From: Octopus vulgaris
Lineage: Eukaryota
NCBI GenBank assembly: GCA_951406725.2
Contig: OX597817.1
Location: forward strand, 111,538,001 to 111,602,000
Direction of reading: 5' to 3'
Length of the DNA stretch: 64,000 nucleotides
The notes under the pieces are model-generated. The model was not told the DNA's origin, searched no databases, and saw nothing but the letters and a program-made list of their open reading frames with translations. Numbering within the stretch: position 1 is the first letter of the stretch; every line of letters begins with the position of its first letter. Shown here in pieces: positions 1 through 12,430 of the stretch. The translations under genes were made by a program, and so were the position numbers.

Positions 1-71
1 TACTATCACCCCGACGCAAATTGTAAAAGAATAACAGAATAAACACGGAACATTGTTTATGTGTATGAATA

Positions 72-216
72 GGCGTGGCTGTGTAGTAAGTAGCTTGCAT
101 CCCAACTACATGGTCCAGGGTTCAGTCCCTTTGCGTGGCATCTTGGCCAAGTGTCTTCTACTGTGGCCTCGGGCCGACCAAAGCATTTGTAGGTGGAAAC
201 TGAAAGAAGCCCGTCG
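72..216 (+). mobile_element. SINE family A, 5' half (tRNA-derived head)
   Basis: Matches the fuller copies at 21349 and 36664 (GTGGTAAGTAGCTTGC...GGTTCAGTCCC...GGCAAGTGTCTTCT...GAAACTGAAAGAAGCCCGTCG), followed by the internal (TA)n(TG)n tract. Confidence 0.85.
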
Positions 217-277
<61 letters not shown>

Positions 278-281
<4 letters not shown>

Positions 282-620
282 AAAAAATGGAGTTAACGCA
301 GGTTTAAACAAGTATTTTTACTTTCTACATGTTTCAAAAATTCCACTGATACTTATTCAAAAGAATAAAAGGTATAAACAATGCAATCTTCTCTTCGGGA
401 AAGTGAAAAAACATATGTAGAAAGTAAAAATACTTGTTTAAACCTGCGTTAACTCCATTTTTTATTCATATTATTCAAATATTCAACGTAAACACGAAGT
501 TTCAACCTTTATAAACAAGGAGTTACAACATCTTTACTTGTGAGATTTTTGCTGCCCTGGTAACTATTCATTCATTTATCCGTGTTAATTGTTAACAAGG
601 TAAAATACACTCATCTATTT
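278..620. mobile_element. Short Penelope-like pLTR remnant with inverted 5' segment
   Basis: About 53 bp inverted repeat 278-330/415-467; hammerhead-like motif on the minus strand; flanked by (TG)n and (TA)n. Confidence 0.6.
320..404 (-). ncRNA. Hammerhead ribozyme-like motif (U4C variant)
   Basis: Minus strand reads ACTTTC-CCGAAGA-GAAGATT..AATTTTT-GAAAC-AT-GTA-GAAAGT; helix I is 6 bp and perfect. Confidence 0.6.
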
Positions 621-639
621 ATATATATATATATATGTA

Positions 640-708
<69 letters not shown>

Positions 709-712
<4 letters not shown>

Positions 713-2740
713 CAGCAAAACAATTAAGATTCCAATGAATTCAAATGAATTCAAATGAATATGGTACTTAACTTAGATACACCAGAATTCTTTATGATAT
801 TAACCATAAAATTATGTGGGGTGATTATAACCAAGAAAAAAAGTAACAAGAATGGATCAGTAGTTTAGTACAATTGTTTCATACTAAGAACATTTTATTT
901 AAAGCTGCAAATATTACAGCAAATGTAATGTCAAGTATTCATCAGCTAAATCACATATATGTTTTCCAAACATCCTAGAGAGTGTAAATATCCTTATGAA
1001 GTATTAGGAGTGAGTTCTATGAATTTGAAGTAAGATTATAAGCAGACTTTATATGTTTTCCAACAATGCACAATTTAAAAAAAAAGTTTTTTAAATGATT
1101 ATTAACTTCTCAGAGAAGGTAAATCCATCCATAAAGATTCAGATATAAGTTCCAGAAGACATGAGGAAAGATACTGGTCACACACCGGTTCAGTTCACAT
1201 CTAACTGTTGCAGACAGAATTTTATAGTAGCAAGAAAGACAGCGAGGTAGGTTTAGCCAAAGTAAAGGACATTATGGGAGGAAAGGAGTGGGGGAGTAAG
1301 AGGGAATAAAGATGCCACAGACAAAGGTTAGTCTATTTCTGTGGTGACAGAAAATCTAGGTCAGTGTTGAAGGAATCTTAAATTCATAAAAGAACAGTAA
1401 GTTTGACCACCGCCAGCTCTGAACTTAGAAACTCACAGAGTTAATGGTGGGATAAAGAATACAGAGAGATCAAAGGAAAACGCTAAAGGGGTCATAGGTT
1501 ATCAGTAGAGGAAGATACAGTAAGAAAGTTAAGGATAACACTAGAATAGAAGGTTATTTATTTATTATTGTTTCTATTTTAACTTATGTTTATATATTGT
1601 AAGAAAGAATTTAGGTCGACATCTAGAGGTCAAATAACAATTGGTAGGAGGATTTTACTTATTCAAAATTTATAGTGAAAATTAAATGTATCATTAAGGG
1701 AATAGTATTACATATTAAATTTAGAATAGAATTAAGAAAGATTAGCAATATATATGATTTAAGTAAGGTTAATTAAATTGACTATAAAGTCAATTAAAAG
1801 TTAGCATAGTACAAATACTATTTATTTTTATATTAAAAAGGTACAGTTAGAAGGAACACCAGTGGGAGAACCTACAAATTTCTATTTAAAATATTTTAGA
1901 GTTTTGATTTTTGAGTGAATACAAGACAGACCTAACTCTATACGATTATTCAGTAGATTTCTATTTTTTCTATGCTTTAGAATCTCATATGTCTCCTATT
2001 ATTTCTATAAGGTACTGCCTTTCTATTTCCCATTTTAGGTTATATTTAATACTATTAGTTTTGAGTTCCCAAATTTTACTGGAAAGTGTGGTGCAACCAG
2101 CTTTATGATCTAACCTAAAAGAGGAGAGATGATTGCTAATTTTCTGCTTAAAATTTATAGTACAACCCAAATAAAAAAATTTACAATTCGAAGTTGTTAT
2201 AGTACATTTATAGATTACATTATGGACTCCACACCGACCAGATGCCGGACATTTTGACTTAATCGGTGTGTGACATAATTTGAAGAAAGCTGTCAAAGTG
2301 GTTTCTCATAGATTCAGAACCATGTTTTGAGGATTGTCTTCTGTGAAATATACACGCTGGCCATTTTCAAGATGTACAGATAGATTTTAAGAAAGGTGTT
2401 CCTACATGTAAACAGGGTGTGACTTTTGTGTTGACAGTGCGTTTGTCTAAAAGCAGAACAGTTCTTCATGCAGCGCTTGTCAATTGGCTGAAGTGACATG
2501 AAAGGCATCGTCATTCATGGTATATTCGTGAATAAGTCACTAACCGAAATAAGTGGATCTATTGTTTAGGAAAATACTATTTAATTGTTTAAGGGTTGTA
2601 CTGGATAAATTGCGAAAATAACTCTAATACTTCAAATACTAAGAAATAGGCATACTCAATTTGATTTATACCAAATAATATAGGGAAATGAATGGGTTAT
2701 TTTCCTTATCTGTTAAAATAAAATATATTAGTTATATATA
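709..2740 (-). mobile_element. 5'-truncated Penelope-like retroelement (GIY-YIG endonuclease remnant plus long 3' region with hammerhead)
   Basis: ORF 1985-2296: C..KCPASGRC..NVIYKC...YLGCTINFKQKISNH..SF...TTLSSKIWELK....LKWEI, the Cys cluster plus GIY-YIG of PLEs; 3' end abuts (TA)n at 708. The 5' boundary is approximate. Confidence 0.8.
864..950 (-). ncRNA. Type I hammerhead ribozyme
   Basis: TTTAG-CTGATGA-ATACT..long helix II..AGTAT-GAAAC-AATT-GTA-CTAAA; intact core, palindromic helix III ACAATTGT. Confidence 0.85.
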
Positions 2741-2744
2741 AGGA

Positions 2745-2929
2745 TCCCTTGCAGGGGGCCTATCATCGATTTTTTTTTCAACAATCTGAGTATGCCATGA
2801 GATTTTCAGACATGAGTTCTACTCACGTGTCAAGTTTCATCAAAATCGACAAAACGATGTAGTAAGAGTTAGCTAACAACTCCGCAAACAAGCACACCCC
2901 CAGGCAGAATTTTCCACATATATAGTAGA
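2745..2929 (-). mobile_element. Helitron-like non-autonomous element, 5' fragment
   Basis: Minus strand starts A|TCTACTATATAT; shares a GTGTCAAGTTT(C/T)AT motif with the Helitron at 7434-8591. Confidence 0.4.
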
Positions 2930-2968
2930 TGCACACACGCGCACACACGCACGCACGCACGCACACAC

Positions 2969-3030
2969 ATAGACAGACAGGCAGACAGGCAGGCAGACAG
3001 ACTAACAGACAGATAGACAGACAGACAGAC

Positions 3031-3119
<89 letters not shown>

Positions 3120-3120
3120 T
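2969..3120. repeat. (GACA)n/(GATA)n microsatellite
   Basis: Read directly from the sequence. Confidence 0.95.
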
Positions 3121-3289
3121 GTATATCGTCTGTTGTTGATTCATATATCCGAAAAAGAAGCACACTCTAAAGCATTAGAGCAGTTATATATTAAGAAGTT
3201 AAAAGTTATGGCCGGTCACTGGGCGACCATTGGTTTCGCACCTGCGAAACCACTGGTCACTCTATATCCGGCCATAACTTTTAACTTCT

Positions 3290-3340
<51 letters not shown>

Positions 3341-3979
3341 TATGTGCATATTTGTTTGCTGGAGTGGATGGTGGTAGTTGATGTTTGTGTAGCACTGAAT
3401 ATGTTACAAAGTGCTTCAGTTAAACGAAAGAAAGATACAGATGTCTGCAAGTTCTAATGGACAAAAAACTATTGTAACTGGTTCCTGTGGCTATGGCACT
3501 GATTTAAAAGTAATGAATAATAGATTGTTGATGGTAGAGATGAAAATGAACATGCAACAAGATGACATCCCATAATGTAGTTTGAAAATTATGACGAACC
3601 ATTGCAGACCGATCTGTAATATAAAAATCAAATTTAGCAATGTTTCGTAGAAATTTTGGAATAATATTAAATACTGTTCTTCTGGCAATAACCATAATTA
3701 TTTAAACAGTCTTTGACATACTGAATATGTATAAAGACAACTTGTCATATTCTATTTAAAACGTTGCTAATATTATTTGGTACACGAAAAGCAGTAATTT
3801 GATAACTGAAGCCATTCGCTAATCAACTAATAAAATTGACAAGTCTTATGACTAGTAAGGAAAAATTAATGTAATAAGAGACTTCCTAGAAGAAGGGTTC
3901 AGTGAATTGATTTGTCGAGAAGAGTGAAATAATCTATGCAACGTTTCGAATATTTGACCTTCTTCGGAGGGGAGAGGAG

Positions 3980-4026
<47 letters not shown>

Positions 4027-4967
4027 CGCGCGCGCGCGCGCGTGTGTGTGAATGTGTCATCACCTAGGTTGCGAAGTAACGGAACTATGATATGTCTTAA
4101 TGTTCTCGATATTTTTTAATATTAGATTCATATCGTAAATATTACTGCTTAGATCTTAGTGCATTTATTATTAAATTATAGTATATTTATATTTTAAATC
4201 GATAGACTACTTTTAAGTAAGCAGGAAGAAATTCATCGAAGCATTATGAAGGAAATGACCGGTTATTATTACAAACAGGAAATATGTTTGTAGTTGACAC
4301 TGTATCACAGAAATAGACCGCAGAATTTCTACTGGTACTGCTAGTTAACGTAAGAATTTAAGAAAATCGTTGTTCTTCCACAATGGTTTATGAGGGAAAG
4401 AACAATGGTGAGCTCTTTGACGTCAAGGAATTATGATGAAACTGAAATCGCAGGCCTCATTATTTATTTATTTTTAATAAGCTGAATAATGAAGTAATAA
4501 AGGTTAGCATATGATTATATAGAAACGGTGGACGTGGCGGAGCACACAGCAGAAACGGATACGATGTAGATAGTATTAGAAAAAAGCTGATAACCTTGAA
4601 ATTAACTGTTAAAACCAACGTCAGAATAGTTAATTATCAAAGCATTAGCACGAATCTCACAACAACCAAATACTATCTATTCCACAAATCAAATGAAGAA
4701 TCCACCCATACAAACAAAAGATTGAATACCTCTTCTCAGTGGTAAAACAAATTAGTAACAACATAAATAACCCCATTTCTAATTTGTCCTCAGATAAACC
4801 CATGGTTTAATCCCCGGATAAGGCCATCTTTAGCACAGGCACTTCACGCTATAATAATGTATTTATGAGATCTAATTTTTAAAAAATATTGCCTGTATAA
4901 TAATCCCTGGCGGCTACGATGCCGAGCAAAACGGAAAAGGGATTTAACAAGAGTAATCTCCATCGAG

Positions 4968-5047
4968 CTTCTAGAATGTTCGAGATCTTTCTGGAAGCTT
5001 CCTATTTACGTGGAAGTCGGGGACTTGTGGTCCATCCCTTATATAAA
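4968..5047 (+). promoter_or_regulatory. Heat-shock element array plus TATA box
   Basis: TTC-ta-GAA-tg-TTC-ga-GAT-ct-TTC-tg-GAA-gc-TTC (4969-5001), then TACGTG (5007-5012) and TATATAAA (5040-5047). Confidence 0.7.
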
Positions 5048-5187
5048 GGAAGAAATTCTAAATTCGCGCCACTCCGTGTCTGTCTAGCCTTAGGCCGGCA
5101 TTGAGTCAAATTGCACACACGTTCGCCTTTCTTACTTAGAGACATGTGATTGCAAACAAAATATATTCGTCAGGAATGAGTCTAGAT

Positions 5188-6538
5188 CAAAGGTTCTCAA
5201 AGGTGGCCATATGCTCCCCCACCCCGGGGCCAGTTGGGGCTCGTGGGTGGGGGCGTTTTGGAGCTCGGGAGGGGCGTTTGCAACAAAGGAGTGCTAGAGT
5301 AGCGTCAAGAGACTTGGCGGGAGGTGCTAAGGGGGGGGGGGGCACTGGAAGACCCTCATCTTTGGTAAGTTTAATTTGAAACTAACGAGTAGTAGCCATA
5401 TTTTCACATGTCTGCGACAGTCAGTTTAAAAAGAGGATCTATTTATTTTGAGTCACAAAATCAGTCCCCTTTAATGTTGCTCAGATTGTTTTCAAATTTG
5501 GGCTATGGGGGAGTCCGGTATTTTGATTACATTTAACCAATTACTTTATCTCGTAAATTAAAGAATCTGATGTTATTTCGAGTAAAGTTGGAAAATATGT
5601 GTAATTTTAGCCAATCAACAGAAAGCGAGGCGTTAACAGCTAGTTACCAACTTATATGTTCGATTTTGAACTCGCTGCGCTGACAAATACATTAATATAA
5701 CAAAAAATATATATAAAAAATTTTTTAATCACTTTATAAGGTATCTATCTTTATTTAGAAACCTACAATGAACAGGTTACACAGGATACAACCTTAAAGT
5801 TGACATCGTTCGCTACAACGAAAGTTTATTATTGGCTAAGAATAGACAGTTTTTCGGTTTTTAAACATCTGTAACTTTCTCGTCAAATTTTTTCTCAATA
5901 AATTCTTTGGTTCAAATGAATAAGAAATGAATGTTTAAAATGACATTTTTAGATTTTTTACTGCATTTTAAAGGGAGTGAGGCTGATTTTGTGACTCAAA
6001 CTAACTAGATCCAAGTATAGTGAATACCATACTCCACAGTTTGCTACTCATCTGAAGTACATATGTATTTCAACAATTTCTATCAAATACACTCTCTTTC
6101 TTGAGCATAAAAAAAAACCCTCTTCCCAGGTGAGAATAACTTATATGTCAGATTGTTGCACAAGATCTAGCCGTTTTGATAAAGGAAATCGGAACGGTAT
6201 GAATTCATTTCATTGGAATTTACTTGTAACGAAGAGCACTTTTTCGACAGACAACACGTCGATCTCATGTGCCGCCTGGTGAAAATAAACGCAATTACAA
6301 ACTTGCATTCATAAGACCATTTATTATTATTAAAAAATTTTTTTTGTTTTTTTGCATTTCAATTTGTACATTTGTACTCCCGATTGCGTTCAAACGCATA
6401 TGTAAAACGACGTCATTTATTTTTTAATCATTATCTTCTGATATCAAAATAAGTAGTAGCCTACATTAAAAAATAAAAATATTTGGGGTGGGGGGAGCAT
6501 TTGCGACTCCAAGGGTCAAAATGGGTTGAGAACCTTTG
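5188..6538. mobile_element. hAT (Charlie-like) MITE
   Basis: TIRs CAAAGGTTCTCAA/TTGAGAACCTTTG; 8-bp TSD GTCTAGAT at 5180-5187 and 6539-6546. Confidence 0.9.
5435..6012. mobile_element. GGATC-ended MITE (Merlin-like) nested in the hAT MITE
   Basis: TIRs GGATCTATTTATTTTGAGTCACAAAATCAG / CTGATTTTGTGACTCAAACTAACTAGATCC; no clear TSD. Confidence 0.65.
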
Positions 6539-7433
6539 GTCTAGATCAACCTGTCATTGCATCAGAAAAAGAATAAAGTGCTTTTCAAGAACCAGATGCT
6601 CTTCAGAAAAGATGTAAAAAACTTTAAATGCAAAAGCAGAAACAACAGACCCGTTTAAATCAAATGCGACTCAGCATCTTGATGTAGTCTTTTCGGAGTC
6701 TGGTAAAATACCAAAAAATGTTATTTTTTAAAGTTGCCCTGCGCAGAAACGTTCCAAGTATTCTTTACATTAGTAAAAAGTTACTTTATCTGTTCACGCA
6801 CAATACGGATAACTAAATGAAAAGTGGTTTGAAGGAATACTGAGAAACAGATGTAGAGAAGAAGTTTAGAATCCATTGCTTGTTTATTTCACTATGAAAA
6901 GTAAGATTTTGCATTTGTTGTTTGCTATTTTCACGAAATGCCTATCAGTTTTCATTGGAGCAAGAATATGTATTTGGTGATTGAAAAGCACTTAAAATAT
7001 TTCGTATTCACGGAAAGTTAAGAAAATTATCATTACTGTTGTACTCAAGAGCAGATGGAAAAGGAAAAAAAATCTATTAGAAATTAGAGAAAACAGACCT
7101 ATAGGTTCAAATTTGCGTCAGTAAAACAATAAATGACGATATGGAATAAAGTTACCACACTTCAAGAGTATGCATCATGTGGGTATTAGGAATAGACAAT
7201 AAGCGGAAAACAATTTCTGAAGTGTTTGAAGTTTATTCTAAGTGTTGGCGAACTTTGTTACTGCCATGAGAAAAAGAAGAAAAAACATTTCTTAAAGATG
7301 AAAAGCAATCCTGGAGAACATCACAATCTCTGTAAGGGCAGAGTTAAGATAATCAGCTGATGGTTTCTATTATTTGTCAAAAATTGCAACGTCATTTACA
7401 AGACCATATTTTAGCTTTTAGTTTTATTCTACA

Positions 7434-8591
7434 CTAGCAGCATAGCCCAGCGTTGCCCGGGTATGTAAGAGCCCCTAGTAGGCAACGACTAATCCCAATC
7501 TAGTCCTTTCCCTCTAGGGAACGAAGGCGCATGTGTAGGTTGCAATGTCTTCTCTTCACTCCCAAATAACTATCAAACAGCTATCGATAATTCAACCCAA
7601 CCAATTCCTACCAGGAAGAAATTACATTCGAGGCTTTACCCCCAACATCGCCACTTCTGCTAATAGCTGCTGCAGCCGCAAGTTATTCGAATACTTTTTT
7701 TGTTTAAACTTTCTTTATAACTACCACCCCAAACGTTTACCTTAAATTTTTGACGTACCCTAAGGGTCCTCGGACGCTACTTGCAAACTCTTGGTTTATC
7801 ATAAACCGCTTTTGTCGTGTGCACCAAAAAACCTTTTCCATTCGTTTGTTCAGTTTGGTCACTTTTGACTTTTTCGTTGTTGTCACTCACATTGCTGCCC
7901 GCTTTTTTGCCGTTTTTGTACATTTTTATACATTTTGGGATACTTACCCCACGTGTTCCGAGAGTTAAAAAGGTCGAGTTGCGTCCCCTAGACAGTTTGT
8001 GGTTTGTGTTTAATACACAAATCGGTTTGCTATGTGTGCCACATATGATTTAATTAACCGATTTTTTCCAGTAATAAAGTATCCTATTGGAATAAAAAGG
8101 GCCATATAGCTCCTTGGAGCAGATATGATGCTCGCTGTGAATTAAAAAAAAAATTCCTGCCAATTTGTGAAAGATATTGTCGAAAATATGTCATCTTGAA
8201 TTTGAACGCGATTTCCCAAAATGGCATGATTTTATCGATTTTTTTCTGATGGTAAGGTATTGCATGGAAAACAAACGTTAGAATTAAGTTTCTTAGGGTA
8301 ACATTAAGCTTTACCATGAGTTTGGTGAAAATCGATTGCAAGTTGCGAAAACTACAAATATGTTGCATATGAAAAGCTTAGATTCTCGACCCCATGTAGA
8401 ATTTATCGATTTTTTTCAGAACTGGGGGAACTTTTCAAAATTTTCGCTGCGTTAGTTTTGAATTATGACATTGGGCTATGTGTGTGTCAAGTTTTATTAG
8501 AATCGGTTGAAAGCCGTGGTAAGAGTGAGGGTACAACCTGACAGACACACAGACACACAGACAGACAAACTGCCGTTTATATAGAGAGAGA
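7434..8591 (-). mobile_element. Non-autonomous Helitron
   Basis: Minus strand has 5' TC(TC)nTATATAAA and 3' CTAG, with subterminal hairpin CCCGGGCAACGCTGGG; inserted between host A and T; no TSD. Confidence 0.85.
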
Positions 8592-10163
8592 TCAGGTAAT
8601 ACGAATCGAAAGTAAATTGCAGTAACAAATCGATATTTTGATATTAATTACAAGGTGAAAACAATTTTTATAAAATTTACCGAAGACAGCGAAAATAATT
8701 TTGGAGCTTCAACTGTTTAGAGACTGTCAGTCTCAGTGCTATTATAATGCTCCAGTTATAGTTGGTTATAAAAGTGACGTTCAGCCACTTAATAACCATC
8801 AGAAAATTGAAGAAAAAAATTGCAAAGCTAATTTTGTTAACTGCGATAATTAGCGTCTCTATTTGTTTGGAATGCAAGCTGTTAAGCATAATGCATTGAC
8901 GATAACGATTTTGGTGCAATTCAGAGCTTTATTCATTACTTTTCTGCTCTATTCTTTGTTGGCAAAAACTGGAAGACGCCATATCAAAACTTGTCAGATA
9001 CAAATCTGAAAGTGTATGGAGTTGTAGAACAGACTGTGAAGCCAGTTCATGAATACTTTGATATCATAGTTGAGCATTCACAAAGCACGTGTGATAATCT
9101 AAATAAAACTGCTAATACAAAAGTTAATGTAGGGCAAGTGCTGAAATAATTTTTTATTTTTAGTTTCTTGGTTTTACTTTGATATTGAAATAAAATTCTT
9201 ATTCAAACTAACCATATTTAAAAACGACTCCAAATTCCTACCATGAACTTCTTTGATGCGGCTTATGATTTAAAGGCCAATGAACTGTTAGAGTTTAAGT
9301 AGTTGAGTAATATTAACCAGTGAATTACATTAAGCAGGGCTGAAACTATTTAATGAATGGTATGTATTTGAGTAGAAGGATTCCACAAGAAGAAGAAACA
9401 AATGCCTGACGAAAACGCTAAGGATGTAGGATTAATTGTAATTAAGGAGCTGATGAGAATAAGGAAAGAAACTATTGATCTAATCCATCCTTTAATGTAA
9501 TTAAGATTTGTCCTCCGTGATTTGATTCAAAATTTGGGCTTCTTTCAGGTGCTAGAGCACTACTTGGCTTAAATGAAAACAACAGCATTTATACACACAC
9601 ACACACACACACACACACATCAAAGAAAAGATGTCAGAACTTTAAATAGCTTTATCGTTCTGATATAGATACATTTGAGCTTTATCAAGAAATCATGGAT
9701 GGTAAGATACTGCTGAAACGTCACATAAACATTCAGATTTCTAAGACTGGGGGAACTTCTCAGGTTCAGTGATACCAAATTTGAGAGGAGTTGTTGAGAT
9801 AAAACTCTTCACTGATATTTCAGTTGCCTAGCTGTGAGTGATTTTTCAACAAGTCGAAATCGATCTTATCGTATTTAAGAGATTAAACAAGTCAAGACTA
9901 TGGGCTTTAGCATAGGTCAGCAATCAATTTGAAGAAACTGTAAGCAGAAATTCTGATTAGATTGTTGGTGTGTTTGTATCGTTAAAAGTAAGATGAAGTT
10001 CAAAATTATTACTAAAATAGCCAAACATGGATGCAAACAAAGCATTTCTTTCAGAGTTCTATATAATCCGAATGATTTCATAGCAATAAATGGTTATGCA
10101 TTTTTGCCTTGTTTATTTGTAAATGTATTATCAGCAATTATAGTTTGATTTATATACTTTTAT

Positions 10164-10540
10164 TCTTTTACTTGTTTCAGACATTTGACCGTGGCCATGC
10201 TGGAGCACCGCCTTGAAGGTTCTTTTAAATAAACAAATCGACCCCAGGACTTATTTCTTAAGCCTAGTACTTATTCTATCCATATCTTTTGCCGAACCGC
10301 TAAGTTACAGGGACATAAACACACCAACACCGGTTGTCAAGTGGTGATGGGGGAACAAACACAGACACAGAGACACACACATATACGAGGGCTTCTTTCA
10401 GTTTCCGTCTACCAAATCCACTCACAAGGCTTTAATCAACCCGAGGCTAAAGTAGAAGACACTTGCCCAAGGTGCCACGCAGTGGGACTGAACCCAGAAC
10501 CATGTGGTTGGGAAGCAAGCTTCTTATCACACCCGTGCCT
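10164..10540 (-). mobile_element. SINE family A, near full length
   Basis: Reverse complement of the 36664-37053 copy. Confidence 0.85.
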
Positions 10541-11780
10541 ATCTGTATAATATATTATATATGCATAATATATAACTTTCGTGGGCGAAGTATGGCCGAG
10601 TGCTTCACAATCACGAAATACCAGGTTCTATTCCACTGCGTGACATTGCAAGCCTATATGTATATATATACATATATATCAGATATCGCACAATAATGAC
10701 ATACATACATACATACATACATACATACATACATACATACATACATACATACATACATACATACATACATACATACATACGTAATTATATAGCGAAAACT
10801 TTGTCTTGAAGAGTAGCTTCTTCTTGATCTGTAGTAGCTGCATCATATCTCGCCTAGAAGGCTGCATTCTTACTGTGCTCAAGTAGGTGATAGCTACTAA
10901 ATATTTCATCAATAAGAGAGATAAGGATGTCTCTAAGCATCCACTTTGTGATACAAGATAATGTCAATTTTATTAGTGTGATAAATATCACCTCAGTTTG
11001 TCCCTAAACTGCCTGTTTTCTTATGAAGCAAAACATTGTAACAAAAACTGTTTACAGTAGTGGTATCTACAAGAAAGTTTGTTCCAATGGCCTAAACAAA
11101 CTACATTAAAATTATTTCTCTGTTTAAATTTGTCAAATATTTTGTAACCAGATGCAATTAAGACACAGTCACCTAAAATCTCATTCCCCTGTCTTAATTC
11201 TAACCCTTACTGACATTCAGATGAGATCAAATATGATCGCTAATTCGCCAATTTTATCGATCTTTAGCTTCTTTTATTCCTACCCTGCTGCATCTACTTT
11301 CAATTAAAACGACAGAGCCATTGAAAATAAAGTGTCTTGGCCATGAGCAGAATACAGTTATTTAGTACTCTCTCAAATCGGCCATCTAAGTTGTTGTTGT
11401 GTTTCTCTGGCCAACCTTGATTGAGTATACCTATGATCAAAAACATTACAGCTGCGGTCATCCCGTCCATTAATATCACTTTCTCTATCTAGAACTAAAC
11501 TAGAGAATGCAGCCGTCTTTTAATTCGAAAGTGATTTCACTGCATAATCTATCGCCCGGTTTAAGATCGCCACGTCACTGTTTAGCGCAATCCTGTATAT
11601 TGTAGCCATTCGAGTTAGGTCAGTGAGCTAAGAATAATTTACCCCTTTCTTACCACCCGTTTTGAAGGTCTATGGGCGTTGCACTTCTTACAGTAATTAA
11701 ACTGTACGAAAGATCCAGCAACAACCGCGTAAAGACACTTCTGCGTTTTCCATATATAGATGCATACATACACACACACA

Positions 11781-11842
<62 letters not shown>

Positions 11843-11844
<2 letters not shown>

Positions 11845-12205
11845 GTCAAACTGAATAAACGAACATTGAAAATAATTTTAAAAAGACAGCAAGAGGACGT
11901 GCACATGGAATATATTAGTCAGACGCTTGGTAAAAAGAAAGAGTTTTTGACATCTCGAGTATAGGTCTTCGTCAGAAAGGAATAAGGAAAAGGGAAAAGT
12001 CCAAAGAAGGAGAAAAAAATCACCAACAGCACGTGTGCAGTTACATTTCTGAAGTGAACGGAAGTTAAAAGACATAGATAGCGAAAGTGTTTTTTTTTTT
12101 TGGTAAAGTGGACGTACAGCGATAAATGTGAGTTCTGGTGAGGAGGTATAAGGTAAGGAAGGAAGAGGCAAAAAGGAAGGACTGAAGTAAAGTGAAGCGA
12201 AGTCA
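11843..12205 (-). mobile_element. Solo Penelope-like 3' end (pLTR) with degenerate hammerhead at 11945-11978
   Basis: Similar to 15240-15511; minus strand TTT-CTGACGA-AGACCTATACTC-GAGAT-GTC-AAA; ends at (TA)n. Confidence 0.55.
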
Positions 12206-12261
12206 AAGAGTCATGGACAAATTAAAATGATTCAGAACCAGAGGTGCAGAAACGACGTTAT

Positions 12262-12430
12262 ATCTTAATATATAAAATCTGTTCTGTCTGTCTGTTTGTG
12301 CGCTTATAACTCGAGTATTGTTCATCCGATGACGCTGAAATTTTAAACATGGATACATGAGAGAGCAGAGCGTTCTGTAATCTAAAACGATTTTCAAAAT
12401 CGTTAGTTTCAATGTGAGAATCGCTATTTT
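12262..12430 (+). mobile_element. Helitron-like 5' end fragment
   Basis: A|TCTTAATATATAAAATCTG followed by (TCTG)n, a typical start for non-autonomous Helitrons. Confidence 0.4.

Larger units (their letters stand above)
5176..9996 (+). pseudogene. Degenerate hAT (ZMYM1/TTF-zinc-finger type) transposase, split by nested insertions
   Basis: Broken translation: NEKWFEGILRN..LLVYS..FCICCLLF (6820-6940); DCQSQCYYNAPVIVGYKSDVQ..ANFVNCDN (8722-8850); dimerisation-like ISVASCE..SKSILSYLR (9815-9880). Confidence 0.75.

Noticed and set aside
3937-3968. Hammerhead on the minus strand (CCGAAGA..GAAACGTT)
   Set aside because: No helix I and weak helix II; too degenerate to count
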